Source of the DNA: Camelus ferus | Lineage: Eukaryota | Assembly (NCBI RefSeq): GCF_009834535.1 | Contig: NC_045698.1 | Location: forward strand, 14,510,001-14,574,000 | Length of the DNA: 64,000 nt | Direction of reading: 5' to 3' | Notes under the pieces: model-generated | What the model was told of the DNA's origin: nothing | Databases searched by the model: none | What the model saw: the letters and a program-made list of their open reading frames with translations, nothing else | Program-made: the position numbers and the translations under genes | Part shown: positions 38,969 to 51,589 of the stretch, one piece after another | Layout: every line of letters starts with the position of its first letter | How positions within the stretch are numbered: the first letter of the stretch is position 1

Positions 38969-39489
38969 TCAGATAGCAAATTTTACTTGTTTCATTTACA
39001 TTGACGACAACTCCATTTTTTCCACCTTGGGTTAGGAGGATGGATATACATCACTGGCAATGAATAAAGAAAGGGAAGTATGTACTTGGAGAAAAGATAG
39101 TAAGTTTCTTTCCAGGCATTTTGTGTTTGAAGTGTCTGGGGAAAGTCAATAGCAATGCCTGGTAAGAAATTAGAACTATAGATCTGAGGAGAAACTATAG
39201 ATCTGAAGATTCCTTTCCTAGTATCAGCCCTTGCCCTCTCCCATGGTCCCCCGGCTTCCCAGACATTCCCACTTCTGTGTACAGTAGTGCAGACAGCTGT
39301 CTCTGCCTAAAAAGCAGCCCCTTCCTTTGTCTGCCAGCCAAATTCTGACTAATTCAAGACAGATCCTTCTTTATCCTACTCAGAAATAAATGCTTCCCTT
39401 TCTCAGTTTCTGAAGCACTGGTTACATTACCCCACATTACCCTTTGTGTGGCCATCACTTGTAACATGATAGTGAACAGGACTGAGTTA

Positions 39490-39700
39490 CTACTTTGCAC
39501 CAGCTACCATGCCAGACACTTGAAAAATAATCTCTAAGAACACCCTAAGTGGGGCATGGCAATTTCCATTCTGCAGATAAAGACAGTAAGATTCAAAAAA
39601 CAGTAACTTTACAAAAGTGAAACAACTCATATTTAACAGTATTGAGGGCAGGTCCCAGGTTTCCCAATGACTTTCAAGATTTCATTCTCTTGTTCTTTCA
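39490..39700 (-). mobile_element. MIR SINE
   Basis: accatgccagacacttg...ccattctgcagataaagacagtaagattc...gtaacttt is reverse MIR. Confidence 0.5.
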
Positions 39701-39776
39701 TCCTGAGATAAAAAAGTGATCCCACTGAAGTCAGGAGATATTTCCTTTATCTATTTATTTATTTATTTATTTAGCA

Positions 39777-41030
39777 CAGTATTACTTCATTTTATCGTGC
39801 TTCACTTTGTTGTTCTCCACAGACATTGCAATTTTTACAAATTGAAGGTCTGGGGCAACCCTGTGTCAATCAAGTCTCGGTGCCATTTTTCCAACAACAT
39901 CTGCTCACTTTGTGTCTCTGTGTCACATTTTGGTAATTCTTGCAATATTTCAAACATTTTCATTTTGTTCTGCTTTGTTACAGTGATCTGTGAGCAGTGA
40001 ACTTTGATGTTACTTTTATCATTGTTTTGGGGCACCCATGCAAGATGACAAATTTAATCCACAGATCTTCTGTGTTCTGACTCCTCCCTTGACTGGTCTC
40101 TCCCTGACTGGCCTCCCTATTCCTTAAAACACAGTAATACTGAAATTAGATCAATTAATGACCCTACAATGGATTGTAAATATTCAAATGAGAGGGAGAG
40201 TCACACATTTTTCACTTTAAATCAAAAGCTAGAAATAGTTAAGCTTAGTGAGGAAGGCATGCAGAAAGCCAAACCAGGACCAAAGATAGGCCTCTTATAC
40301 CAAACAGCCAAGCCGTGAATGCAAAGGAAAAATTCTTAAAGGAAGTTAACAATGCTCCTCTAGGGAACACACAAATGATAAATTAGTGAAACAGACTTAT
40401 TGCTGATATGGAGAATGTTTCAGTAGCCAGGGTAAAAGATCAAACCAGCCACAACATTCCCTTCAGCCAAAGCCTAATCCAGAGCAAGGCCCAAACTCTC
40501 TTCAATTCTATGAAGACTGAGAGAGGTTAGGAAACTGCAAAAGAAAAGTCTGAAGCTAGCAGAGTCTGGTTCATGAGGTTTAAAGAAAGAAGCCATTTCT
40601 ATAACCCAAAAGTTCAAGGTGAAGCAGCAAGTGCTGATGTGGAAAACCGGCAGCAAGTTATCCTGAGGATCTAGTTCAGATCACTAATGAACACAGCTGC
40701 ACCAAACAACAGGTTTTTATGTAGACAAAACCTCCTTCTACTGGGAGAAGATACCATGTAGGAATTTGAAAGCTAATGGGAAGTCAATGCCTGGCCTCAA
40801 AACTTCTAAGAACAGGCTGACTCTTGTTAAGAGCTAATGCAGCTGGTGACTTTACATTGAAGCCAATGCTCATTCACCATTCCAAACATCCTAGGGCCCT
40901 TAAGAATTATGCTAAAGCTACTCTGCCGGAGCTCTATAAATGGAACGACAACACTTGGATGACAGCACATCAGCTTACAATATGGTTTACTGTTAAGATC
41001 TACTACTCAGGAAAAAAAAGATAATTCCTA
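39777..41030 (+). mobile_element. Tigger1 DNA transposon, 5' ~1.25 kb with decayed transposase
   Basis: 5' end matches Tigger1 (tttttacaaattgaaggtctggggcaaccctg...). ORF 40824-41024 ([32 protein letters not shown]) is the Tigger1/pogo-type DDE transposase. Frameshifted and 3'-truncated. Confidence 0.93.
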
Positions 41031-41399
41031 GAAATTAGGTCAAAATCAACTCCCTTCCCCAGCTTACAAAATTCACAAGTACTTCAGTATTGTTGTTTTA
41101 TCACATCCAGACTAGAAATCACACAGGTGCCTCTGAATGCTATCTTGATGCCTTAATCACAATTTTGGCAACTGTCAAGTTTTATGTGGTTTCATTTCCT
41201 TTTTAATTTCTATGACTGAAAATATATTTTTCCTTTCTTCCATCTCATTTACACTTGAGATCCCCTAACCCTAGGCATAATTTTGCTTCTTCTCTAGACC
41301 ATTCTTCTCAACCCAAAGTGTGGGCTGCTCTTCTGTGGGCTGGGTTCTAAATGACAAGTCACACAGATGGTCTCTGAACACTTTTTCTTTATTTCCCCT

Positions 41400-41830
41400 T
41401 TTTTTTTATATAATTTATTAGCCTTCTATAGCTTCACTGCAATACTCAATTCAAAACTCCAGCCAAAGTGTCTTCTTTGATCGTGATGATCAGAGGAAAT
41501 GTAAATACACAAACACCTGCCTGATGACTCTAATTGAAACATCATAGTTCTCTCGAATTTATCACAACCAAAACTAAATTCATGACCTTCCAGACACACA
41601 CCTCCTTTATTGCCAGTGAGCCCTATCTCCTTTCACCTGACAGGAAACTGAGAACAGTGATGGATACATCTTTCTTGCTTACCTGCTACAAAACACTCAA
41701 TCACCAAGTCTTACTGATTCAAACTCCCTAAATAATTCTTGAATTTGTCCACTTGTTTCCTGTTCCAATGACATATCCTGTTAAGTCACCTTAACCATTG
41801 CAATTACATCCTAACTCGTCTTCTCACTGT
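41400..41830 (+). mobile_element. LINE-2 fragment
   Basis: aaaactaaattcatgaccttcc...caatcaccaagtcttactgattc...aataattcttgaatttgtccactt. Confidence 0.5.
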
Positions 41831-41914
41831 CACTGAGGCTCCTTGACAATTCATGATCCAAAAATGTACTTCACTCTTGCCTTGACAAGCCTCCATGGAG
41901 AGTCGAGATCCATG

Positions 41915-42130
41915 GTGCATAATTTGAAATCAAGCTCTGACACTTACTTGCCTCACAATCTTTGGGTCGTGGCTTTACCTCTTAAAGCCTCAATCTTCTC
42001 TAAAAATGAGATAATAATGATAACCTCCAACCTGTCATCTCCTGCCTGGAAAACTGAGATTTGTGGGGACCTGACTTACTATGAACAACTGTTATTTGAC
42101 TGCTGTTGAGAAAACCTCCAGACTTTTCTC

Positions 42131-42161
<31 letters not shown>

Positions 42162-42250
42162 AGTTGTTGTGAAGAATACGGAACCATTAAATGAAAATAC
42201 TGAGAATGGCTCCTGACTCATATTAAGTGCCCAATAAATATTAGCTAACA
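41915..42250 (+). mobile_element. MIR SINE interrupted by a poly(A)-tailed insert (42032-42157)
   Basis: MIR core aagcctcaatcttctctaaaaatgagataataatg on the left; MIR 3' part gttgttgtgaag...taagtgcccaataaatattagc on the right. Confidence 0.6.
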
Positions 42251-43574
42251 TTATTTTATTGAGTCCATGCGTTTTTAATTCAATGTCTGTTATATGGGGG
42301 CACTGGGCTGGTGCATGGGGCTGAGAAAGCTGTGCAGGATGGCTTTCTTTCTCTGTAATGATTTGGAACCCCTGGAGACTGCAGGACACTAGGAACATGG
42401 CTGTAGGTACTGATTCACCAAGAAGGCCACCTGTGTTATGCTTCCTAGAACAGACAATGCATGCCCATAGGTTTTTTTTTAAAAATTAACCTGCTCTATC
42501 AGCCTGAGGAATGTGTGGTCTGCATCCTCAGGGCGATACTCAGCCATTTATAATAAGTTTGTAGAGTCAATTGGGAAGCTGATGATTAACCTGATAGCCC
42601 TCACAAGCTACACGGGACGGGATGCTGACATTAGGGGTACCGTGCTGTCCTTTGAATGCGAGACGTAGACTGAGCGGTGATAAGCGCTTGCTTGTTCAAG
42701 ATGGAGCTCTTCCTGGTTAGCCTCCCAGGAAACGATTTGGCCCGTCTTAGTACAGTCCTGAGCAAAACTGGCAATGGCCCTGGGTTTAACACAATCAACT
42801 GGCCAAATCTCAAGGATTCTAGGCCCAATAACATCAGAGGAGTAGCTCCAGCTTCTCCCCACCATGAATAGTGTATGCTATTCATACATACACACAGAGC
42901 AAACACTGCCACTAACGTGCCAGTTCACATAACTGCCCCCATGAGGACTGGTCCCGGGTGTTTAATCATACCCCAGGAAGGGCTGGTGTTACGCCCAGCT
43001 GCTAATACCAGGCCACCAGGGTAGAGTTAGAGCCAAGCTTCTACCGTGTTGTGTTGCTCTGTGTCATAGCCCTGCTCACACCAGAAGGAGGTCTAAACTC
43101 CCCTAATCATGCAGCTCACAGTCCTACAGCTCAAGAGCAGGCCACCCTTTCAGAGTCTGAAATGACTGTGTCAGGTCTCTGAGTGTTGTCCTAGAATGGA
43201 CAGGGGACCCACACACATGCTGATGATCTAAATTTCCCCATTAATGTTTCTCTAGTAGACATCCAGTGTGTGCTGTTTCCCATTGGTTCTTGTTTGCACA
43301 ATGGGCAGGAAAGGTATTTTATATTCTGTTTTATAGTAGTAAATTCACTGTGTATAGTTTATAAGACAATGTTCACATTCACACATTCCTTTCCCACATA
43401 CAAGTAACTCCTATCCTCTTAAATACCTTATATGTTAATCTTACTATGAAAAAAAATATGCATAAAGGAAATGCAAAGTAAATTTGAAACAAACAAATCT
43501 GGTGATTTTTTTTTTAAATATAGTATCCTTAATTTTGGTCTTGCTAAAAATTAACAAGTTACCAGAAAAGTAAT

Positions 43575-43618
43575 GTATTTTATTTCATTTTATTTTATTT
43601 TATTTTATTTTATTTTTA
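43575..43618. repeat. (ATTTT)n simple repeat
   Basis: Seen directly. Confidence 0.9.
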
Positions 43619-43713
43619 GGATCGCTGATCTAGGATTAGTCTTTACTTGGTTACATTCGTCAATGCACCCTTGTTTTGCTTCCACCAAGACAGAATATCC
43701 CTTTATGTAGAAG

Positions 43714-43891
43714 AGTGTTCCCAAGTCTAACTGTACATTAGAATCAACTGGAGAGCTTTAAAAAGCATCAATGTCTAAGTCCTACTTTCAGAGATTCTGA
43801 TTTAATTGGTCAGGGGTAAGGCCAGGGCAAAGGTACTTTTTATATGATTCCTTCGATGAGTCTGTGGTGCAACAGAGAATGAGAACTGCTG
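43714..43891. mobile_element. MER5A hAT MITE
   Basis: tgtacattagaatcaactggagagctttaaaaa...cagagattctgatttaattggtcagggg...tgagaactgctg. Confidence 0.75.
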
Positions 43892-46029
43892 ACACAGGGT
43901 TTAGGACTTCAGGACTATAACGTGTGAGCACTTAATAAGCATTTCCTATTATGGAGAATATTGGAAGTTTCTAGAGTTTTTTATATTATGTGCACAATGT
44001 ATTCAGAAGAGGATGTGTAGGAGCGTCAGTATCATAAAATGAAACATAACTTTGTATCCTCAGGATGAAATGGAATATGAGCTTGTGGCTTACAATGGAA
44101 CCATAGTTTTAAAAACTGGCTACAGACTATTCCATTAAATATGGCCACCTTAATTTCTCTGAATTATTATTCACGTTAAAGCAGTTCTTAAGATCAAGGG
44201 ATATGATCAGTGTCCAGGACAGAGAAAATAAATATTTTTCTAAATCTGGAAGCCAGAGGAAATCGGCATACTGCCATAGTACCCAATGAAAAACAGAAGT
44301 AGACAGAGAAAAAGCTCTCTAACCACTTTTAAATGAGCTCATAGACAGGGGAATGTTTCATATCTGAATTTTTGGAGGAGAATGAATTTATGTTAATGTG
44401 GCAGTTCTACTTTTAAATTGAAGTTTTTAAAATACGTACCTTTTTTATGCCATTATCATTTGGCTTGGAGAGGCAGCACTAAAACTTGATAAATTTTAGC
44501 TTTCAAATCTGAGCATCTGACTTTGGCACAAAAAGCAGAGTCTGAGCAGGCAGCACTGGCATTAGGGCAACAAAGCCCCAGATCCACTGCCAACAGCAAG
44601 TGCACATTTCAAGCCCTATCCTGGGAGCCGGCACATAATTTCATAAATTCATTGCCCTCCATCTGTGTATTGTTCCTTAGCTCCCTAGTCAAGCAATAGG
44701 TAGAGATTCAATGACACAAATGATGTCCTATGTTCTCATATAATTTATTACCCTTTGAATTTTCAGAACAAAGGTCATATTCAGTACAGACCTACAGGAA
44801 TTTGCTTTCTCTTGCTTTCCCTTTTTCTCATTATACTTGGCTTTTTCTTTTATCTTGGGACTCAGCTTTCACTAGAGTTGGATATAAATCTTTTTCTTTT
44901 TTTTTCTCCTTCTTCTCAGCTTGCCCTTGACTGCTATGGAAACCAAAAAAGAGCTATAGAAATCCTGGAAAATTGATTTTTTTCCTTGGATGAAGGCTAG
45001 GGTGGTTACTGAAGGTCTTTTAAACCCTAATGTAGGTTTTAATGGCCAAAAAGGGAAATGTAGCTTCTATTGAATTGAATCCAAATTATTTTGGCTGTCA
45101 GACACAGGGAAAAAAAGTAGAGAAGCTGACATTTGTCTCTCAATGTCAGTATAATTATCCTAGTATAATTGCATCCAGCAAAAAAGAGAGAAAATTTAGA
45201 AAGACACAAGATGTTATCTCAATAAAAAAGGAAAAGGACCATTCTTTTGATTTCTTGGCTAAATTTTTTGTTCATTTTTCAAAAAATGCAAGCTTTCATA
45301 GTCAGACACTAACTTCTTCATTTATTTCACTTACTGTGAAACGTGATGTGAGTAAGTCACTTTTTCTGATGGTTAATATCACAATGTGCTCCTATTCAGT
45401 GGTGAACAGGAGTTCAGTGCAGAGGAATTATTGGGAGAAATGGATAATCAAAGAAAATGTTTGTTTCTGTTTTGAAAATATCTTGCCAGGTGCTCTAATC
45501 TGCCACTCTGTGTCACACAGTGAGTCGTCAAAAGCTTCCTGCACTGTCTGCTTATCTGGTTGTTAATAAACCACATGGTCATACGATTTGGAAATTATTT
45601 GATGCTACAAGCAAGAAACAAATAAACACACTACAGCAATTTATGAAAAAGGAAATATTCTTTTAAAATTGAAATTTTAGTTTTTATTAACGCCTTTTAT
45701 TTCTAGAGATCTAGAGGCGCCCCCGGTAAGTAATTAATGCTGTCTTTTTTAAAAAACAACATGGATAAAAACCTCACATCCAGATAAATTTGTTGGTCAT
45801 ATCATCTTCATTGTCATTGTCATCAACATCATACATAACAAACATGATTCTAATGGATTGGTGTCTATTAGCACACTTATCCTTTTATCAATCCTATGCC
45901 ATCGCTGCTGTGATTACTTTAGGGGTGAGGGAACTACAACGCAGAGAGTTGAATCCACTCCTAGGTGGAAGAGCTGGGGTTTCTGTCTAGAATTCTGGGA
46001 TCATCAACCATAATCTTACTCCTAAAAGT

Positions 46030-47150
46030 GACTGTGAAATAACTGAAATCACTCATTCATTTACTCATAAAATATTGTACAGATGTACCAAGTGTTGCGT
46101 AAAAAATATTGAAAAGTCACACACGAAGCTTATGTGCAGTAAATCAATGTCACACAAGCTACAAAGACTGACATACCCAGCTGTGTATTTTGAGATCACT
46201 CCTGCCCCTTTGATGGGAATGTTTCGAGAGGGCTCTGGGAGAAGGGGGGCTCTGAATTGGAAGACCATGTCATCAGGCCACACAACAGACTCTGCCGGTC
46301 CAGGTGAAGGCAGGAGAAGCAGTGATCAGAACGGGTTTGTGCTTTAGGAGCAGAGGGGAAAGGAAACTTCCTTAAAGATGCAGAGGTGTACTTCCATTAA
46401 AAATAAATAAATGAATAAATAAACCTAATTACCTCCCCCCAAAAAATAAAAAAAAATGCAGAGGTGGTAGAAGGAGGCGAGCCATGGTGAGGGAAGTAGA
46501 ATCAAGAATGATGAATGGGATCTTGCTTGGAAAATGGCGTGGTGGGGTGAACAATGGAGGTGGATTACGGAGGGAGATCGGCAGTTCTCCAAAGTGCAAG
46601 GTTGGTAAGTCTGAGACATCTAAGTAGAGATGTCAATGAGGCATCTTTTAAGGAACTCTGGACACCAGACAATAGGTTAAGTCCTAGATCCATATTTGGT
46701 GATCTCCAGAATGTGGAAGGATTGTAGGTAACCCCTGAATTTGGCAAAATGGAAAAAGACAAGGGTATGTTTTGGTAAGAGATGGCTGAAGAAGCCTGAT
46801 CAGAGTGGCACCGTCTGTGGCACAGATTCAAGTACATGGAGAATATTTATAGTCCTTTTTAGAAATATGCTTGTATTGGGCAACAAAGAAACAAGCCAAT
46901 AACTAGAGAATGTCAAGAGTATGTCTGGCTTGTTCTAAGATGGAAGACAACAAGCACACTGATATGCTACTGAAAGGAAGACTAGGAGAGTGAAAGAATT
47001 TTAGGAAACAGAAGACTTCTAAAGAAGAGGGGCCTTTGAGAACAAGAGAGGGGTAGGAGTCAGAGGATCAAGTTCACACCTGGCACTTGACAGGAGAAGG
47101 GAACCCTCCTCCAGGGAAAGAAAGGAACATAGGGAAGAGACGCTCATGAG
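46030..47150 (-). mobile_element. LINE-2 relic (fragmented)
   Basis: Starts with a reverse L2 terminus (cactcattcatttactcataaaatatt) followed by purine-rich L2 body motifs. Confidence 0.55.
46389..46455 (+). mobile_element. 5'-truncated (headless) camelid-type SINE with TSD
   Basis: aaataaataaa...aaacctaattacctcccccc plus an A-tail, matching the 3' end of the SINE at 58704. TSD atgcagaggtg at 46378-46388 and 46456-46466. Confidence 0.85.
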
Positions 47151-47617
47151 TGTAGGCTGGAAGCTTTGGTGACAAACATATGAGGGTGGCTTTTTTCTTC
47201 ACCAGCCAGCATTGACTATTCAACATTTAGAGAGTCCTTTCCACACCCTAGGCATGTTCTAAAGCATTTTACATCCATTAGGCACTAAATAAGGAAAGTG
47301 ATATTGATATCTTCCTTGTACCAGTGACGAAATAGGCATGAAGAAGATAGTTTTTGCAAGACCACAGGACTGGAAGTCAGCTGAAAGTGTCTAACTTTAG
47401 TCTACATTCTTACTCATTCAGCTAAAATGGCCTACTGAAACAAAGTTATTATTGGGGAGAGCAAAGTTCTGTATTTTGTAAGATGTATAAGGAGATTTAA
47501 AAATAAATGTTTTTTTAATGAAATGATCGTGTGTATAAAAATCAAGCCTGTTGGAAAACAGCATGGATTTCAATGGAAAGAGGTTAACAGTTAACTTAAT
47601 TGCGTGGTGATTACAGA

Positions 47618-47688
47618 CACATACACACACACACATGCATATGCACTATGTATACATGTGCATGTGCATGTGTGTGTGTATGTGTATG

Positions 47689-47756
<68 letters not shown>

Positions 47757-47776
47757 AATATATATATGTATATACA
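47618..47776. repeat. Long compound (CA)/(TG)/(TA)22/(CA) microsatellite
   Basis: Seen directly; pure (TA) run at 47695-47738. Confidence 0.95.
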
Positions 47777-48199
47777 ATTTTTCCATAGGGTAATACTATT
47801 TGTAAGCACAGTCACAAATAAATGAATCTGATTTCTACCAATTTAAAAATCATACATTGTCTTCTTATAGTTGTTTATTTTTCTCAAATTTTAGTGTTAT
47901 CCAACAGTGTTCTGGCCAGTAGTCAATTTTGACTTTGTTTACTTTTTTTGTTGTTGTTGTTCTTTTTTACCCTGGGATAATTTGTCGGAAATTAAATCTG
48001 GACTCTGATACATAGACGTTTCCATATCCAAGAGAATTTAGGCAAGGTATTTTACATTTTAAGCTTATTTCTTCAACATGGGATAATAATAGAATATCAC
48101 TGGGCCATTGCGAGATTTAAATGACAGATACTAGAGACAAGTATAAATGCCAATATTCTTGTTGATCATGCTGTTATAATTAGGCTATTTTTCTTTCTG

Positions 48200-48870
48200 C
48201 ATTGATTTTTGTCATTCTTCAATCTATTTTCCAAAACTCATTTAAAGTGATATTTTAGAAATACATGTAGATTATAACTCTCCCATTAGAATAATAATTT
48301 AGTAGCTTCCCTTTGCTGTCAAGATAGAACCTAAAATACACATCACCTGTCAGACTCTACAGCTAGGCCTGGCTTACTTCAAAAGCCCTAACTCTGCGCC
48401 CTAACTTAAGATGGTAGCCTTCCTTATATCCTTAAATATAGCAAGCTCCTTTGCACCCCAAGGCCCTTCCACCCTCTTTTCCCCCAGTTTGGAATGTTTT
48501 ACAGATCCCACTTGTCACCCACATCACTGTACCAAAACTTTCAATACCACCTCTGTATACTTTACATCTGGCTCAACCTTATCTTCTCAAATTATATGCC
48601 ACTCACTCAAACAACCATTCTCTGTGTCTCAGAGTGAGGTTATATTTCACTAGGTCTGTGAATTTAGTACCTCATCACTTTCAATTTTCAGTACTTTTCA
48701 CATTTGTAATCAAAGCATTAATTGTATACTCAACTGTCCAATTTCAGTCTCCTATGCAAAAAAAAAAAAAAAAAAAATTGCTAGCTCCATCAAGCCAAGA
48801 ACTGTCCTGTCTGACTGTCCTTTGCGTGTAGTAGGTGCTTAATAAATTTATCATAAATGAATGAATCAAT
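48200..48870 (+). mobile_element. LINE-2 3' region
   Basis: Ends gtagtaggtgcttaataaatttatcataaatgaatgaat, an L2 terminus. Confidence 0.7.
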
Positions 48871-50049
48871 ATCGACATTTAGGGTTATCACATTCAATAT
48901 CTGATTGAATGCTTCATTGGTGGTATATTAAAGGTCTGTCTTCTCTACTTAAAAGCATTTAAATAGCCCTAAATATATACACTGAAAAGGTACTGTGAGC
49001 TCTAAGTAGTACTTTTATAAAAATCTTTTTAAACCAGCCAAGGTGCACATAAATAACTACTTGCAAATTCAAGCAGTTTAATCAGGTATATCAGACAATA
49101 TGACAAAGACAGAGCAGATGCATTTCTATAGCACTAACCTAGTCCCCAACCCACACAGTCAGTATGCACTCAACATGTGCCGCATGGTGTGCTAAATGCT
49201 TTCATGCACAAGGATGCTGGGGTCTGGAAAGGCAAATCTCCTCTACCATTCTACGGATAAATGACAGGGAATGAATTAAAACCAGGATCTGTCTGTTTTA
49301 TAACCTGTGTCCCCTACATCATTACATCCAACTCAAACTCAGTTCTGCAGATACTCCAAGAAGCGACAAAGTAGAGTCAATGTTGAATGAGATTTTTCAG
49401 AGGTGGCTTTTGCAAAGTGGTAAATGTCTATTGAGTGAATAAAATGATTAGTCAGAATTCAGTGAGGCTAACAGATATTGTTGGAGTTCCCTCTCTATCC
49501 AAGGTAGGTAAGTCTCTGTAGTGCGAGTTCTGGAAGAGAATAGATTTGAAGACATCTTAGGACTTGAATTTATTCCAAGAAACTCCCTGGTATTTTACAA
49601 AGAACCCCAACGGCTGAAACTTTTCATTTATTCTATGGCAGAATCACTAAAGACTACTCCTAAGTTTTTTTTCTTACTTTCCTTCCAACACTCTTTAGAC
49701 AAATTCAATATAAACAAGTCTTTTCAGAACCAAGAATCACCAATCCAGATGTTGTCAAACTGAACATGTCAACCTCCAGGGAAAAGAGGGAACGGCATGA
49801 AAAATAAACATCTGAATATTCCTTCACAAATAATAGTAACAGTAATAATGATAATAACAATGTCAACTAATATAAAAATGTACCCAAAGCAAAACTGATG
49901 ACAGTGTGTTCATCTGAGATAAGAACTGAATTCACTTTACACACAGATTCCTTTATTTCATTAAGTGTCCTAAAACAGAGTAAATTTATTAAGTAGCATT
50001 AAGTTTGAAGTTGACTTCTTGGATTAAAACTAATTTAGAATTTTTTTTG

Positions 50050-50170
50050 AACATGGAACACTAGCCATGTAACTAGTGTGACTGAGGAACTTAATTTTTA
50101 ATTTTGCTTAATTGAATTAATTTCAATTTAAGTAGCTATATGAGGCTTGTGGCTACCTTATTGGACAGTA
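50050..50170. mobile_element. MER3/MER33-like hAT-Charlie fragment
   Basis: tagtgtgactgaggaacttaatttttaattttg...tgtggctaccttattggacag. Confidence 0.7.
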
Positions 50171-51589
50171 AAGGTCAAATGTCTCCCTTTGTAGTATCGT
50201 TAATTGTATAGATAAGTGTCAGTGTATACACAGGGCTTATCCTCACCCTCCTTCTTAGCTTTTCTGAATTTCCTTTGTCTCAGTTTTTCTGCCCTTATAA
50301 TCCAACACAATCCTGTTTATGCCTGCTTGATAAAACTCATTTAACCTTTCTCCTTTGCAGTTTCCAAACCTACGCTCTGGGGACAATGACACTTATTGTT
50401 AGATCTGCGTTCATTTACCTCATGGGGGATGGTCAGGATTAATCTCAGGCTGTTTAGATGGGACAGGAAATAAACCTGACAACTGAAAGGAGGAAGCTAA
50501 AGGTTTTCCATACTTTCATTACTCTGCTAGACTAACATTACTTAGGAAGTAAAATAAAAAATTGTTTGTAACACATTAGAGACTATTAAAGACAAACAGC
50601 AATAGTATATCAAAGAGCTCCCCAGTGCTTTGATCTATGTCTGTCCGCGAACATTCTTTATAAACAATCACTCTGGCTTCCACTAGAGACGGTGTCTTTC
50701 ACATCAATTTCCTGAGGCAAAAAATTTGTTAGTTTTTCATCCCATAGACCATAATTTCCTCCTTTATTTTATATCCTTGCTGGATATAAATTAAAATAAT
50801 TATTCTTAATGTTTTCCTTTTTTTCCTTTTGAACCAGTCTAGACAGTGTAAGATTACAGTGGAGACACACTACATAAGAAAGTATTCTGCACTGAGCTCT
50901 AGGTCACAGACCTTGTGGTGGAACAAGAAGGCAGGATGGTTGCTTTGCTGTAACATGGAAATTGGCATGGGCTTCTGTTAATACATTCCTAAAAGGTTTG
51001 TAAAATTGATACATTTTTAATTTATTCAAAAGGTATTACCTAAATATTGACTGTGATTCAATAACGTGATGGTTTCTGGGTATAAAACAATGAATAAAAT
51101 AGGCAAGACCTTACAATTTGATCTTTTGAATCAAACAGTAAACACTTTGAAAGAAACAAATTCACATGGAACAATTATCTTGAAAACCTTTCTTTCTCTC
51201 CTTCTCTCCCTTCCTTCTTTTCTGTTTTCCTTTCTTCCTTTTTTCTTTCACTACGATTATGGAGCTTTTTTTTTTTTTTTAACCTCTTTCTTTTTATTGA
51301 GATTTCAGCATTACTAGTTTAACATTCTTCATTTTCACTTTGGTTTGTAATAAATAAATATGGTCATCAAAGCTATGCCTAAAATGAATATTAATTGACA
51401 TTGTGTAAGGGCTTAACTTCTCTTTCTACAAATAAAGAATATGGGCATCAGTGAATGCACTTGGTGCTCTCTGTTTGTCTGTGCTTACTCCCTTTATATG
51501 GCTCCAACATTTAAGTTTTACTTCAGTTTATGTCACAGATAAGTTACCAATGAGATGCATTAAAGAAACGTTATTCAGATGGCACATTA

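Noticed and set aside
39174..39206. 14-bp tandem-like duplication aactatagatctga
   Set aside because: Ordinary local duplication in decayed repeat sequence.
43620..43710. IADLGL kinase-like motif after an acceptor-like tract
   Set aside because: The tract is just the (ATTTT)n repeat, the following residues are not kinase-like, and the frame closes within 30 codons.
45042..45566. Longest ORF (174 aa)
   Set aside because: No recognisable domain; partly overlaps MIR-like sequence; composition typical of a chance ORF in AT-rich DNA.
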